IMG/VR virus record: IMGVR_UViG_3300047311_000323
Coordinates: 64,001-128,000 of that record
Strand: one strand, 5' to 3'
Length of the DNA stretch: 64,000 bases
From: a virus
This document shows positions 46,101 through 55,457 of this stretch, piece after piece (within the stretch, counting starts at the first letter, position 1; each line of letters begins with the position of its first letter). Under the pieces are notes generated by a model. The model worked only from the letters and a program-made list of their open reading frames with translations, was not told the origin of the DNA and did no database searches. The position numbers and the translations under genes are program-made.

Positions 46101-46697
46101 CACTAGTTGCCTGTTCAAAAAGTCTTGATCGATTTCATCGTTGAAGATGTTTGAACCGCGCTTCATATTGTTGGGCTGAATCTCAATGCCCAAGTTATCA
46201 CCGAACAAATCTTTGAGGCGTAGAAGCGTTTGTTCAGCTTCATCAAACTTGCCCTTCATGATGGGCTGGCTGATGATACCATTACCACAAGCAGTGAGAC
46301 AAATGAGACCTTCGGTATGCTCGGCCAGTAGCTTCCAGTCGAGAACGGAATAAACTCGCTTGCCAACGAAAGAACTCTGGTCAAATCCCTTTTTGTTCAA
46401 CGTCAACAGATTGCGATAGCCAGTAGCATTCTTGGCTATCAAAACAATGTGACGGAATTTCTCATTGACATTGGAGGCGTCATCTTGAAAATAACACTCG
46501 CACCCAATGATGAGTTTGACTCCAGTTTCTTTGGATGCTTTCCATGCATCCCAAGCACCAGCTAATGTGCCGTGGTCTGTGACTGCAACGGCTGTCTGCC
46601 CAAGTTCTTTGGCCCTTTTGAAAAGACCTTTAGGCGTGATAAGCGAATCGAGAATAGAAAACTCAGTCTGATTATGCAATGAAACAAAGTCGGTCAT
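43182..46697 (-). CDS. dnaE: DNA polymerase III alpha subunit
   Basis: PHP domain (HNQTEFS, DHG), GRGSVGGSL, FPDIDTDF, KMDTLGL, GYGFNMSH, YLKAHYP, PPDINKS and a C-terminal OB fold. AGGAGG SD at 46697. Confidence 0.97.
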   Translation of the reverse strand: MTDFVSLHNQTEFSILDSLITPKGLFKRAKELGQTAVAVTDHGTLAGAWDAWKASKETGVKLIIGCECYFQDDASNVNEKFRHIVLIAKNATGYRNLLTLNKKGFDQSSFVGKRVYSVLDWKLLAEHTEGLICLTACGNGIISQPIMKGKFDEAEQTLLRLKDLFGDNLGIEIQPNNMKRGSNIFNDEIDQDFLNRQLVKLGKKHNVRVVAACNAHYLTKEESGTHDAFLAIGSHQPIHSGFRLRYPVPEFYLKTGDEVKEFFTRIYKEDAQTFVDNSIYFSNLCEKPEWIDPKYSNPTGKELPQFPVKDELDYAEFRTWVATQPEDVQKLDEDKLFLRYRCVIRFDSRVKNLTPEQHKQYMERIDEELDVLEFHGFSSYMLIVADFIEWARRHEIAVGEGRGSVGGSLIAYLLGIHQADPIKYNLIFARFHNKEKSSFPDIDTDFAPSGREKVQNYLRQKYGADHVAHVSNVNTITPKVYVKDIARVCELGGSKEDAVRIGNEVANCIPAEIHSIDDALAKVPLFAEYAKKYPQFEQYKAICGKYRAWSTHAGGIIISARPLTGLVPLRKDKDGALAIEYDKDKAEENGLVKMDTLGLSTLDIIGQAVQLIKASGKYLPEVISYDEYDKETYDTISSGDTFCVFQLGTSGGTIDLCRRIKPQSVNDISYINSLARPSARDMRDDFIKTKDGKKPFSLLHPTLGRAFNNTFGFGLYEESLMYLAQDVAGWSLHEADRLRKLTKEKGKNPKKAQEWRNDFIKGAVENNVNEAIAKRIWDEVVDKFQGYGFNMSHSILYSMTSYKTAYLKAHYPVEFLMANLMAEVKSNAPDSKGNIEKIKKEIRKRRVKIVPPDINKSQLVYTIEDGNRLITGLDAIKFVGVDAINDIISKRPFANFFDFMTRISSKAVRANSIQALAACGALDSFKIPRKLIYLYVSDYRKKLQVWLKKHDPTQEQFVYPWPAENEWTMPEVYALEQYYLGESFTCKPSLAYGKFFDGDHVTVQDIKRSKDKTNVSSVKGIIRDFFEFRVKKEGKYYGQPMVKAVFEDKNGDQCTLTIFPDRWKTVQERIQEINKKAKFDTGIALFFSGNTNSYEDDMGVILDQLYHIALPPSLPDDLKAKKINLKEAKAKMFGIKEEDEKPKSPQEILDQIEDTLYDEGLIDLDDESEDD

Positions 46698-46719
46698 ACG
46701 ACCTCCTGATGGGTTGTGT

Positions 46720-46728
46720 ATTGTAACA
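46720..46728 (-). promoter_or_regulatory. Extended -10 promoter candidate (TGtTACAAT) for dnaE
   Basis: TGn-TAnnnT lies about 12 nt upstream of the SD. No -35 match at 17 nt. Confidence 0.4.
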
Positions 46729-46816
46729 CGTGCGTACATCTTACCCACTCTAGGGATTTTTCAGTCTAAGGGTAGACTGCGTGTACTGTGCCAGGGAATA
46801 CGGTGTGAAACTTACG

Positions 46817-47488
46817 TTACCTTGACAAGATAATCTTTAAATCTTTTTCGTCAAGGCTTTGGCTATTGTCGTAAAAATAGTTGATCTTCTTGAATTGATC
46901 TTTCCAAAACTTTTTATTATGAGTCTTTTTGGTAAGTAATTCTTGTAAATCATTGAATGATAATCTGCGATGACGGAACAGGGCGTGTGAAACCACCATG
47001 ACCGCATCCCAATGAGCATGAAGCTCTTGTTGAACTTCTCTCATTAGCTTTTGTTTATAAAGCGTTCTTTTAGGCCCTGGAGGTGCCAGGTTGTACTTTT
47101 TAATCACCTCTCGGGCTGATTTGTTGTCATCACTGGAGCCATCACTAATAAACGTTGGAGTTTGTCTAGATCCCGAAATACTTCTAAACAAAGAGGTTTC
47201 CGCAATCAAACCAGCGTAACTAATGCCAACTTCGGCTCTAACTAAGGTATTTAATAGGTCAGAATCTTGAATCTCATCAAAATCACTGGGATAATCGTAA
47301 TATGTAATTCCGTGAATTCTTTTTAATTTCTTATTTTCAAATACTGCAACTGAACTAACCTTCATTAGATGCAATAGCGCGTAAACTGTATGTCCAGCTT
47401 CATGATATGAAGTAGATATAAATTCGTGGGTTTTGGTAACTTTCTTTCTGATTTCAGCGATAGAACCTGTCCCATTTGCCATTATCAC
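46817..47488 (-). CDS. Stand-alone FtsH-type (M41) zinc peptidase domain
   Basis: YHEAGH zinc motif, YAG, and GSSDD (third-ligand Asp, cf. GASND). No AAA or TM domain. Confidence 0.75.
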   Translation of the reverse strand: MIMANGTGSIAEIRKKVTKTHEFISTSYHEAGHTVYALLHLMKVSSVAVFENKKLKRIHGITYYDYPSDFDEIQDSDLLNTLVRAEVGISYAGLIAETSLFRSISGSRQTPTFISDGSSDDNKSAREVIKKYNLAPPGPKRTLYKQKLMREVQQELHAHWDAVMVVSHALFRHRRLSFNDLQELLTKKTHNKKFWKDQFKKINYFYDNSQSLDEKDLKIILSR

Positions 47489-47763
47489 CCCATTCTGACA
47501 AGTAACGCCTCAAAATCATTGAGGGATTGGGTACAGTCTGCTTTTTTGCACTTTGCATTGAGCTTGTCCCCACCAAACGGACCTGTTACTATTAAGTCCG
47601 AATTATCGGCATACACCATGCCGGCTTTGGTAAAGTGGGGAGCCTCTGTAAACCCGTTACTTTTCAGAATGTCAAGCAAGGCTTGGTCCACAGGTCTGTC
47701 TAATTTGAAGACGATCTGTGTCTTGTTGCAACATGCTTGTATGAGGAACCTTTCAACCTTCAT
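47485..47763 (-). CDS. Hypothetical protein
   Basis: 92 aa, translationally coupled to its neighbours. Confidence 0.7.
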   Translation of the reverse strand: MKVERFLIQACCNKTQIVFKLDRPVDQALLDILKSNGFTEAPHFTKAGMVYADNSDLIVTGPFGGDKLNAKCKKADCTQSLNDFEALLVRMG

Positions 47764-48083
47764 TAGGTTCCTTTGTTATCTAGATCCACGCCTTTGCTCT
47801 CTAAGCACAGTAGAGCATACTGAATCTTAGCTTGCTGATGCTTCTTAGCATCACGATGTGGAGCAGATAGTTCTTTGGACGTTTCTCTTGCAGCAGCAAG
47901 AGCCAAGTCGGCCTCTTCCTCTTTACTGAGAGTGTAAAGGTTACCCTCACACTCAACAATAATCTTCTTTAGCTCATCAACACCAGCCGCATCGGCCGTG
48001 TCTTTGAACTCTGGCATCTTCTTAATGAGATCGTCCCACTTCTTAGGTAAACTAGTCAATGGGGTATTGATAACTTTTGCCAT
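47763..48083 (-). CDS. Hypothetical coiled-coil protein
   Basis: 106 aa, coupled ORF. Confidence 0.7.
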   Translation of the reverse strand: MAKVINTPLTSLPKKWDDLIKKMPEFKDTADAAGVDELKKIIVECEGNLYTLSKEEEADLALAAARETSKELSAPHRDAKKHQQAKIQYALLCLESKGVDLDNKGT

Positions 48084-48098
48084 TTATACTTTCTCCTC

Positions 48099-49346
48099 TT
48101 AATCAATCAATTTTACTGTCTTAACTACATAGTCCATAGTATTCTCGTCTCTAATACGAGAGAATAGAATCTGTAGGTAACCTGTCTTATTCATTTGCTG
48201 AATAACTTCATCTAGACTTTGGGTAACCTTAGTTTGAGCTAGGTTCTGTTTGATAATCTCAAATACTTCTTGATCAGTCAACTGAGCATCGGGCTCAGCT
48301 TCTCTAATCTTATCCAAGACCAAAGATAGCTTCACATTCTGTGCAGCCATTTCAATCATTCTTTCTTTATCAGAGTCTGGCAATACATTCCAGTCTAGCT
48401 GGGACTGTTGCGTCAAATACTGAGCTTCTGATAGAGACATCCAATTTGGAACCTGGACTTCTGTTTCAGCAACTAGCTTCTTAGCGACAGCTTCATGAAT
48501 AGCCATCTTGTTCATGGATGCAGAGCGAGCAAATGCGGCTTGAGCCACAGTCTCCTGCAATTCGGCAAAGTTGGTTTTACCAATCTTCTTAGCCATCTCA
48601 TCATCCAATGCACATGGCACAGTCTTAGAACCCATCATCAAAGTAACTTTGAAGTGGATGCTCTTGCCTGACAAAGATGGTAAACCGCCTTCAGGGGACA
48701 CGAAATCAAATTCTCGCGTCTCGCCCATAGTCATGCCCAAAAGGTTGTTGTCAAAAGCTACTAGTGGACTGCTACCAATGGTAACCATTTCACCTTCAGC
48801 AATTAGACTATCAACCTTCTCACCATCTACAGTGCCGACGTAATCAATGATAACATTGTCTCCGGCCTGCACGAAATCCGTCTCGCCATATGGAGAGGTG
48901 TCGCCAAGTCGTACACGCAAGTCCTGCATCATCTTTTCGCCTAGCGAAGTGGCATCGGCTTGTTCATGAGGCTTTGGAATCTCAATGTCTTTCCAAGCTG
49001 GTAGTTCGAAATTTGGTTTCGTCAAAATCTCAAACTCACAAGTAAACTTGCCGCCATCAAGCAACAAGTTATTGAAACGAGGTGCTCCGTGTGGTCTAAG
49101 CTTCTTTTCGAAGAGAGTATTGTGGAAAGCATCTTCAGCTAGCGCGCGCTTGAGAGCGTCATCAATCTGCTGACGATAATGGATTCGGATATGTTCGGGA
49201 CCGGCCTTGCCTTCTCGAAATCCTGGCACTGGTGCCTTTTTGAAATGGGTTTCTACTTCCGCTCTCTTGTCAGAGATTTCTAGGAAGTTAGCCTCATAGT
49301 GAACGGCCAATCTGCATTGTTCAATTTCAGTTACATCAATTTTCAT
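48099..49346 (-). CDS. tig: Trigger factor
   Basis: Ribosome-binding PGFREGK motif, FKBP-like GDNVIIDYVGTVDG...GMTMGETREF, helical C-domain with VKLSLVLDKI. 415 aa. Confidence 0.92.
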   Translation of the reverse strand: MKIDVTEIEQCRLAVHYEANFLEISDKRAEVETHFKKAPVPGFREGKAGPEHIRIHYRQQIDDALKRALAEDAFHNTLFEKKLRPHGAPRFNNLLLDGGKFTCEFEILTKPNFELPAWKDIEIPKPHEQADATSLGEKMMQDLRVRLGDTSPYGETDFVQAGDNVIIDYVGTVDGEKVDSLIAEGEMVTIGSSPLVAFDNNLLGMTMGETREFDFVSPEGGLPSLSGKSIHFKVTLMMGSKTVPCALDDEMAKKIGKTNFAELQETVAQAAFARSASMNKMAIHEAVAKKLVAETEVQVPNWMSLSEAQYLTQQSQLDWNVLPDSDKERMIEMAAQNVKLSLVLDKIREAEPDAQLTDQEVFEIIKQNLAQTKVTQSLDEVIQQMNKTGYLQILFSRIRDENTMDYVVKTVKLID

Positions 49347-49355
49347 CGGTTCCTC

Positions 49356-50141
49356 TTACCAGTTAACTTCACCGTAAACTTGTTGATCAAAAGCTTTACT
49401 CTTGCCGGCTGGGCACTGTTGTAGATAATCGCAATAGTTACAGAGATTGGTTGGGGTTGGCGGAAACTCTTTTTCCGCTCTCATTTGTGCAGCATACTCT
49501 TCGAACTTATCTTTCACCGATAGTATCTCGGCCAAAGAGAACTCCGTTGTAATATACTCAAAATCATGCCTCAACAACACATAAGAGCCCCTTACTTTCG
49601 TAATAGTGGGATCATCGTGAAGTAGCACGTAAGCATATGTCAAGAGTTGGAACCAATCATTCTTCAGATATTTTTTATGTTTGGTCGTTTTGTAGTCGGC
49701 CACGTGGATGACATTATCAGCATCCAACTGAATCCTGTCAATTGCTCCGTTTAAAACAATATTTTCAGTGATCGGAAAGTCGAATCTTTTTTCTGCCGCA
49801 ATTACGTTGGCTGGCATGCCGCTTTGTTTTTCTTTTGAAGCAAGCGCCAAATATCCGTTGAGAATTTCCCAGCATTCCTTTTTCATCTCTGGAGTCATTC
49901 TGTCTTTGAATTCCGCCCAAGCATGTTTGAATGCATCACCCATTGTAACATTGTATGGCAGCAAGCAACCATCAATATACTGCTTATGAAAATACTCTAA
50001 AGCTGAGTGGCAGAATTTACCAAAAGTGTGAAACTCCCATTCTTTGCGTGGCAATTTCTCAACATAACAAAACTTAAACTTAGCTTTGCAATCCAAAAAG
50101 GTTTTGGTCTTGCTAACCGATAGGCGCAATTCATCTGTCAT
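49356..50141 (-). CDS. PD-(D/E)XK nuclease with 4-Cys staple (RecB/AddB/Cas4-like)
   Basis: LSVS...C, G...H..LE, AEKRF, GAIDRI, DYKT, QLLTY, CNYC...C. Confidence 0.88.
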   Translation of the reverse strand: MTDELRLSVSKTKTFLDCKAKFKFCYVEKLPRKEWEFHTFGKFCHSALEYFHKQYIDGCLLPYNVTMGDAFKHAWAEFKDRMTPEMKKECWEILNGYLALASKEKQSGMPANVIAAEKRFDFPITENIVLNGAIDRIQLDADNVIHVADYKTTKHKKYLKNDWFQLLTYAYVLLHDDPTITKVRGSYVLLRHDFEYITTEFSLAEILSVKDKFEEYAAQMRAEKEFPPTPTNLCNYCDYLQQCPAGKSKAFDQQVYGEVNW

Positions 50142-50185
50142 TCGTAATTCTTCCGTTTAATGTGTAATACTTATATATCAAGTAT

Positions 50186-51109
50186 TCAGGGCAATTGTTT
50201 CCTGTCAAAATTAGGATCATCATAGTCTAGGATCTTAGATCCAAAAGCCCTAACTACTTTAGGCGCGCTCATTGAACTTTGATTGTACCCATACTTGGTA
50301 ACAAAATCTGTATTGTGGAACTGGAATTTTGGTTCCTTTGAGTTTGTAATATCTGCCTTCCAAGAGCCCATAGGACTTATAGGGTCTTTACCGGCGTGAT
50401 GGACTTTATGCATCAACATATACTGGCCTTGCCCTTTAAGTAGGATAAAATCCTGAGCCAGAACATTGTATATGTTTTGAGGGGCGGGAGGTGGGGTCGG
50501 AGTAGTTGGCGTCGAAACAGGACTATTGGGGCTAGGTGTCTTAACGGGCACTTTTGCGTTAACTGCCGTAAATGGTGCTTGAAACTTCTTCAAAGAAGAT
50601 TTGATCTCTTCAAGAAGTTTAACATACTGATCAGCGATCTGATGAATGGCCTTATCCTGTGAAGTACTTAGCTGATCATACGCCCCATTAAGCGTAGTTA
50701 GATCTTGCCCTTTGGACTGAAGAATTCTCACCAACTCTTCATACTTCTTAGTTGTCTCCTCGTAAGAAAGAATGAACTCCTTCTTCGTATCAAAAGACCT
50801 TTCATCGCCTTTGAAATATTCATACAAAATGTATTGCTCTAACGGTTCAATAAAACACTTATCAGGACCATTGATAATAACATCATCCGTTATTCTAGCC
50901 TCATAAGTGCTGCCCCCATCTTGAGCAGATCCCATCAAACTGTGCTTGGGGTTTGCATTTAGCACCTTGAGAAAATCGCCTTTTGTATTTCTCTTGCTGG
51001 CATCTTCGGCAATACCGGGCTTATATGCATAAGTCCTAAAGTCATCATTGCTGTTAACCTTTTTGGCTTTGCACTTTCTTGAGTACAAATCAATCATTTT
51101 ATCTTTCAT
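50186..51109 (-). CDS. Hypothetical orphan protein
   Basis: 307 aa with a Pro/Thr linker and no recognised motif. Flanked by intergenic gaps. Confidence 0.7.
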   Translation of the reverse strand: MKDKMIDLYSRKCKAKKVNSNDDFRTYAYKPGIAEDASKRNTKGDFLKVLNANPKHSLMGSAQDGGSTYEARITDDVIINGPDKCFIEPLEQYILYEYFKGDERSFDTKKEFILSYEETTKKYEELVRILQSKGQDLTTLNGAYDQLSTSQDKAIHQIADQYVKLLEEIKSSLKKFQAPFTAVNAKVPVKTPSPNSPVSTPTTPTPPPAPQNIYNVLAQDFILLKGQGQYMLMHKVHHAGKDPISPMGSWKADITNSKEPKFQFHNTDFVTKYGYNQSSMSAPKVVRAFGSKILDYDDPNFDRKQLP

Positions 51110-51207
51110 TTTAGCTTTATCCTTGCAATGTCAAATATAAATAACCGGCGGGGAGCCGCTTGTCAACGCCCAAATACTTTTTGGATTTACGGCACTATTG
51201 AGGAAAA

Positions 51208-52242
51208 TTAGAATAGAACGCGCCTGGTAAATGGCAGCCACTCGAAAACTACGCCAGCTCCGCTCTTGGTTCCCATAGCTGTTGCTGCCATGTTTCCGTC
51301 AAACGTTCCGTTGGGTTGGTAAGGTGCTGTGGAGATAATCCATTTGTTAGACCAGGAGTCTCTGTAATAATGTGTAATTGTATTGGTACGTGGGTTGTAG
51401 TGCGCTCTTACAAAAGAACCGCTTATTGGGGCTGAGGCATCTAGTCCAGTATTGAAATAGAAAGTGCCGTCCCTGGCTCTCTCAGGATTCTCTAGTGTGA
51501 AAAACTGTCTGTTAATCTGTGGAGGATCGTTTGGGTCCTCTTTGCTAAAGTCTTGGAAGATAACCATAGCCCTAGGGTCAAACAAATTGGTAAATTGCTG
51601 AGTCTCCTCTGGGCCCTGTCCTGAAGTCTGTCCCCTATCTATCTGAACGTCACTTGGGTACGGCAAAGTGGTTTTGCCTGGCATGTTACCAATATTGCCA
51701 CCTTGATTACCGCTAGCGTCTCTATCTGTGTAAGTGATTTGATAGTTGGTAGAATTGTATGGTTTGTTGGTGAATCCAGTAGGATTTCCCTTCCCATCAT
51801 ATCCGTTTGGAATAGCTGGCTTTGAAGGATCATAAACTGCGCCATCATATGGTCCCGCATTGGCCGGGTTAGTGTATCCCTGTTGCGGCTGGAATGGAGG
51901 AGTTCCAAATGGATAGGCGTCTGGAATAACGCTACCGGCTTCAGCGGTAGTTCCAGAGTGTGGCAAACGGGCATTGCCGTCTACAATGTTAGTCATATAC
52001 TGATCAACAACAATCGGAGATGAATCTACACCGTTAGTGGCTAGCGCTTTTAGTGTAACCAATAGCTGGTCAAATGGCAAAAAGATTGGACCTGTGTACA
52101 TGCTAGAGAACAAAGTTGGGTCAGTGCCATCTAGGGTATAGAAAATGGTAGCTGGAATATTGGTGGTAATAGAGACCGTCTTAGGTATTCCTGAGACTAC
52201 CTGTTCTGACGATTGTGTAATTGTAACGCTAATGACTGCCAT
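51208..52242 (-). CDS. Protein with N-terminal Fn3-associated / chitobiase C-terminal-like domain
   Basis: TIFYTLDGTDPT..S.MYTGPI signature, followed by a Gly/Pro/Asn/Tyr-rich region. Confidence 0.7.
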   Translation of the reverse strand: MAVISVTITQSSEQVVSGIPKTVSITTNIPATIFYTLDGTDPTLFSSMYTGPIFLPFDQLLVTLKALATNGVDSSPIVVDQYMTNIVDGNARLPHSGTTAEAGSVIPDAYPFGTPPFQPQQGYTNPANAGPYDGAVYDPSKPAIPNGYDGKGNPTGFTNKPYNSTNYQITYTDRDASGNQGGNIGNMPGKTTLPYPSDVQIDRGQTSGQGPEETQQFTNLFDPRAMVIFQDFSKEDPNDPPQINRQFFTLENPERARDGTFYFNTGLDASAPISGSFVRAHYNPRTNTITHYYRDSWSNKWIISTAPYQPNGTFDGNMAATAMGTKSGAGVVFEWLPFTRRVLF

Positions 52243-52243
52243 A

Positions 52244-52558
52244 TTATACCAAATTGAGGAATTTTGCGTTTCTTTCGGTCATCTGTTTCTTCAACATGAC
52301 ACGGTAGACTTTATGACCGGCTCGGCGAAAGACTCGGGCTAAATCTAAATAAACTTCCTCACCTTCTCTCCTATACAGAATTATGAACTGGTCATAATAA
52401 TCTAAAAACTCCAACTCAGGTGATTGACCTTTGAAGGAGCCTTTTTCAATATAGATTAGTTTATTTAAAGCGTAAAGAAGCAAGAAGCGATAGAATTTCT
52501 GTTCTCCTGTCGCCAGGTACTTGGGTACAAAGTTCCTTTTAAGGGCCTCAACGCTCAT
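52244..52558 (-). CDS. Hypothetical protein
   Basis: 104-aa ORF in operon context. Confidence 0.7.
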   Translation of the reverse strand: MSVEALKRNFVPKYLATGEQKFYRFLLLYALNKLIYIEKGSFKGQSPELEFLDYYDQFIILYRREGEEVYLDLARVFRRAGHKVYRVMLKKQMTERNAKFLNLV

Positions 52559-52586
52559 TATAAGGATATGTCACATTATACTTAGT

Positions 52587-53222
52587 TTATCGCTGTAAGC
52601 GTGGAACTATATTGTTTTTAACCTCTTCCTTCAAATCTTCTAGGGATTTGTTGTTGAATAATACATAGTCGAATTCTTCGTCTTTGATAGAGCTTTGACC
52701 AGTCTCACTAATGTGTTCAATAGGGGCCATACCCGTATCTCGATACAAACGAATTTGGAAAAAGCCCTTCTTCTTGAGGTGGTCAAACTCATTTCGGAAT
52801 CTGACATCGGTTACTACCAATATATTGGGAGGCGTCTTCTTCAAAAGAACCTGGTCATAACGGTGGTCAAAATTCTCTAACCAAACCTTATCATTGTAGT
52901 TACGGCCGACCTCAGTACCGATATCAATCAACGCCTGCCTGTATGTCAAGGGTTTGTCTCCTTTGAATGCACCAGGAATTGGTTCAGTGCGTAGGTGTGA
53001 TGGGCCGTATAGACATTCTTTATTGGCTCTTGGGAACATAACCATCACTATCTCTTTGATAGGATCGGCAAAGGCCATAAACTTACCTTGATAAGCCTGA
53101 AGATTGATAGCGTGTTTTGCCATGAACTCAGCGCTGTCTCGTTCATAGGCTTCCTGGTATAGAAGATTGGCTAACGTGTTCTTGCCAGTATTAGCTCTAC
53201 CAGTTATTGCAATTTTGTACAT
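52587..53222 (-). CDS. Deoxynucleoside monophosphate kinase (T4 gp1-like)
   Basis: ITGRANTGKNT P-loop, FADPIKE, RQALIDIGTEVGR, TDVRFRNE. Confidence 0.85.
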   Translation of the reverse strand: MYKIAITGRANTGKNTLANLLYQEAYERDSAEFMAKHAINLQAYQGKFMAFADPIKEIVMVMFPRANKECLYGPSHLRTEPIPGAFKGDKPLTYRQALIDIGTEVGRNYNDKVWLENFDHRYDQVLLKKTPPNILVVTDVRFRNEFDHLKKKGFFQIRLYRDTGMAPIEHISETGQSSIKDEEFDYVLFNNKSLEDLKEEVKNNIVPRLQR

Positions 53223-53231
53223 CTGACCCCC

Positions 53232-55457
53232 TTACCACGAGGAAACTACTCGGGCACGTGATATCATGTTTATATCTTGTTCTACTAGAACGGCATGAGA
53301 AAACTTATCCTTCAAACGATCATTGTGCGTAATAACCAAAATGGAATAATCCTTCTGGAAAAACTTTACAATGTCCGCAAAGAAATCTACACTGGCCTTA
53401 TCCAAAGATTGGTCAATCTCATCCAATAGTAGGAATTTGACATCTACTCCACTCAATTTTTGGAGTAGAAATGAAAGTCCTAATTTCAGACTGAAGTTAA
53501 CGGCTAACTGCATGGCGCCAGAAATGTTCTCATAATAGCGCTTCTTGCCATTAATTGAATATTGAATATCCAATGTATCAGCTTGATCGCCAGTCTTTTC
53601 TACCGTCTTCTCAATAGAGAATGACAATTGAAGACCTGGCTTTAGTTGAGTTAGCAGGGCATTAGCCTCTATCTGCAAATCATCTAACACATTTTGAATA
53701 ATTAGATTTGGGATACCAGTGCTAGAGAAAGCTTGAACAACGGCTGGATACATACCCAACTTATCTTCAAGTTCTTTTTGTAGCTTGATATACTCAATCT
53801 TCTTGCGCTTCTCATCAGCTCGTTGATTCATTTCATGCTGTAAAACAGCTTTGTTACTATTGAAATGAGTTAGCTCTTTGTTGTTGAGAAGATTTTGATT
53901 CTCAATAACTTTAGCTTTCTGCTTGGCCTCGTGAATTTCCTTCTCCAGAACCTTAGCTTCTGTGATAGAGGAGTTCTGTAGATCTTTAGCGACTACATCC
54001 ATCTCCTTAATCTTATCTTCTAGTTCTTGGTTGAACTTATCCAAAAGAGCTTTGTATTCATCATGGATGGTGCGCCTATCAATCATCTCCTTCTTCTTGG
54101 AAGAAATCTTGCTATTGATACTCTCTAAATGTTGTTTGGAAAGCGTCAGATGATTGATGGTCTGCTGATGCACGGTGTTCTGCGTATTGAGGGCAGCAAT
54201 ATCCTTCTTGCAATTTTGCATATTGATTTGCTTCTCGCCTCGCTCCTCGTTCAGCTTCTCCTGACAGATTTTCCTGTGTTCTGCTGTGATGGGCTGGCGG
54301 CATTCCTCGCACTCACCATCATGCGGGATTGGCTTCCTCAACTTCTCCATCCTTGCCATATCATTTTGAATGGTAAGGTTTAATTGAGCAGACTTCTCTT
54401 TATTAGAGATAATCTGTTCTGACAGAATATCTATCTGATGGAAATCTAGTGCTGCCAGCTTAACCTGAGTTTCTTCAAGCTCTTTTAGCTCAACAATTGA
54501 CTCCTTAGCTAGCTTTACTATATTGGATTTCTTAGTGGTATACTCTTTGATAGATGTTTCTATTCTAGTCTTTTCGTTATTGAGAGTTTGCTCCCTAACA
54601 ACCAAAGCCGAAAACTTCCCCTCTAGGTTAGCATGGAGATTGACAAGCTGATTGATCTTTTCGTTAGCTAGAGTAATCTGAGCTTCGAAATCGCCTACTT
54701 TGGTTTGGCGGTCATCAATTTCCCTATCTACTGCTGCCAGTTTGCCAGCAATCTCTGCCAAGGCATGATCTGGGTCGCCAATGCTATCGATAAGCGTACG
54801 GAACCTATCTGCCTCTTTAGAAAGAGCAGAAGACTTGTCTTTAGCAATCTTTTCCAGCTTGGAATAGATGATTAGGTTTAAAGCATCTTTGAGAATCTTT
54901 TTACGAGTCTCGGGCGTGGCAGTCGTTAGTCCGCCGAAATCATGCTGCATGAAATGCACGAAAATCCTGAAGGACTTTAGATTTACCTTGACTAGCTTGC
55001 CAATTTCCTTTTCTGTATCAGGGGTGCGGCGGCCAGAAATGTCTTTCCAGTACTTTTCCTCATCATCCGCAACGGGAACATATCGGTCCCCACTAATACT
55101 ATGAAGGGCGTCGGTTTCCTCGCCCTCTAAACCGGTACGCTTGTAGAGCGTCAAATCACTTGTACCCTTGCGTGTACGTGTGCGTGTGGCTCTGTATTCT
55201 TCATCACCTACCATAAAATCAAAGGTGATACTGCACTTATCTGCGTCATCTCGAACGATGTTCTCCAAATTAACATCAGAGTGATTGAACAATACGTATT
55301 CAATAGCTCGGAAGATGGTTGTCTTTCCTACGCCGTTTGACACGTCATTGTTATTCTCGGTCTTGCCAACAATGAGAGCCGAACTGAATTCAGAGAAGTC
55401 AATATAGGCGTCATCATAGCACATGAAGTCCTTGATGTACAATCTGGATGGCTTCAT
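53232..55457 (-). CDS. sbcC: SbcC/Rad50-like SMC ATPase
   Basis: SNGVGKTT Walker A, Q-loop, coiled coils with a CEEC hook, ISGA signature, LLLDE Walker B, ITHN. Confidence 0.93.
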   Translation of the reverse strand: MKPSRLYIKDFMCYDDAYIDFSEFSSALIVGKTENNNDVSNGVGKTTIFRAIEYVLFNHSDVNLENIVRDDADKCSITFDFMVGDEEYRATRTRTRKGTSDLTLYKRTGLEGEETDALHSISGDRYVPVADDEEKYWKDISGRRTPDTEKEIGKLVKVNLKSFRIFVHFMQHDFGGLTTATPETRKKILKDALNLIIYSKLEKIAKDKSSALSKEADRFRTLIDSIGDPDHALAEIAGKLAAVDREIDDRQTKVGDFEAQITLANEKINQLVNLHANLEGKFSALVVREQTLNNEKTRIETSIKEYTTKKSNIVKLAKESIVELKELEETQVKLAALDFHQIDILSEQIISNKEKSAQLNLTIQNDMARMEKLRKPIPHDGECEECRQPITAEHRKICQEKLNEERGEKQINMQNCKKDIAALNTQNTVHQQTINHLTLSKQHLESINSKISSKKKEMIDRRTIHDEYKALLDKFNQELEDKIKEMDVVAKDLQNSSITEAKVLEKEIHEAKQKAKVIENQNLLNNKELTHFNSNKAVLQHEMNQRADEKRKKIEYIKLQKELEDKLGMYPAVVQAFSSTGIPNLIIQNVLDDLQIEANALLTQLKPGLQLSFSIEKTVEKTGDQADTLDIQYSINGKKRYYENISGAMQLAVNFSLKLGLSFLLQKLSGVDVKFLLLDEIDQSLDKASVDFFADIVKFFQKDYSILVITHNDRLKDKFSHAVLVEQDINMISRARVVSSW

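Noticed and set aside
20225-46697. Inteins or introns in terL, recA, dnaE or primase
   Set aside because: Lengths and motif spacing are normal. No intein splice motifs or interrupted frames were seen.
49356-50141. Cas4-like nuclease as evidence of a CRISPR-Cas locus
   Set aside because: No cas1, cas2, effector gene or array in the window. Solo nucleases of this type are common in phage recombination modules.
51134-51166. Canonical sigma-70 promoter (TTGACA at 51161..51166, minus strand)
   Set aside because: The best -10 (TATATT) is 21 nt away, too far for a standard promoter.
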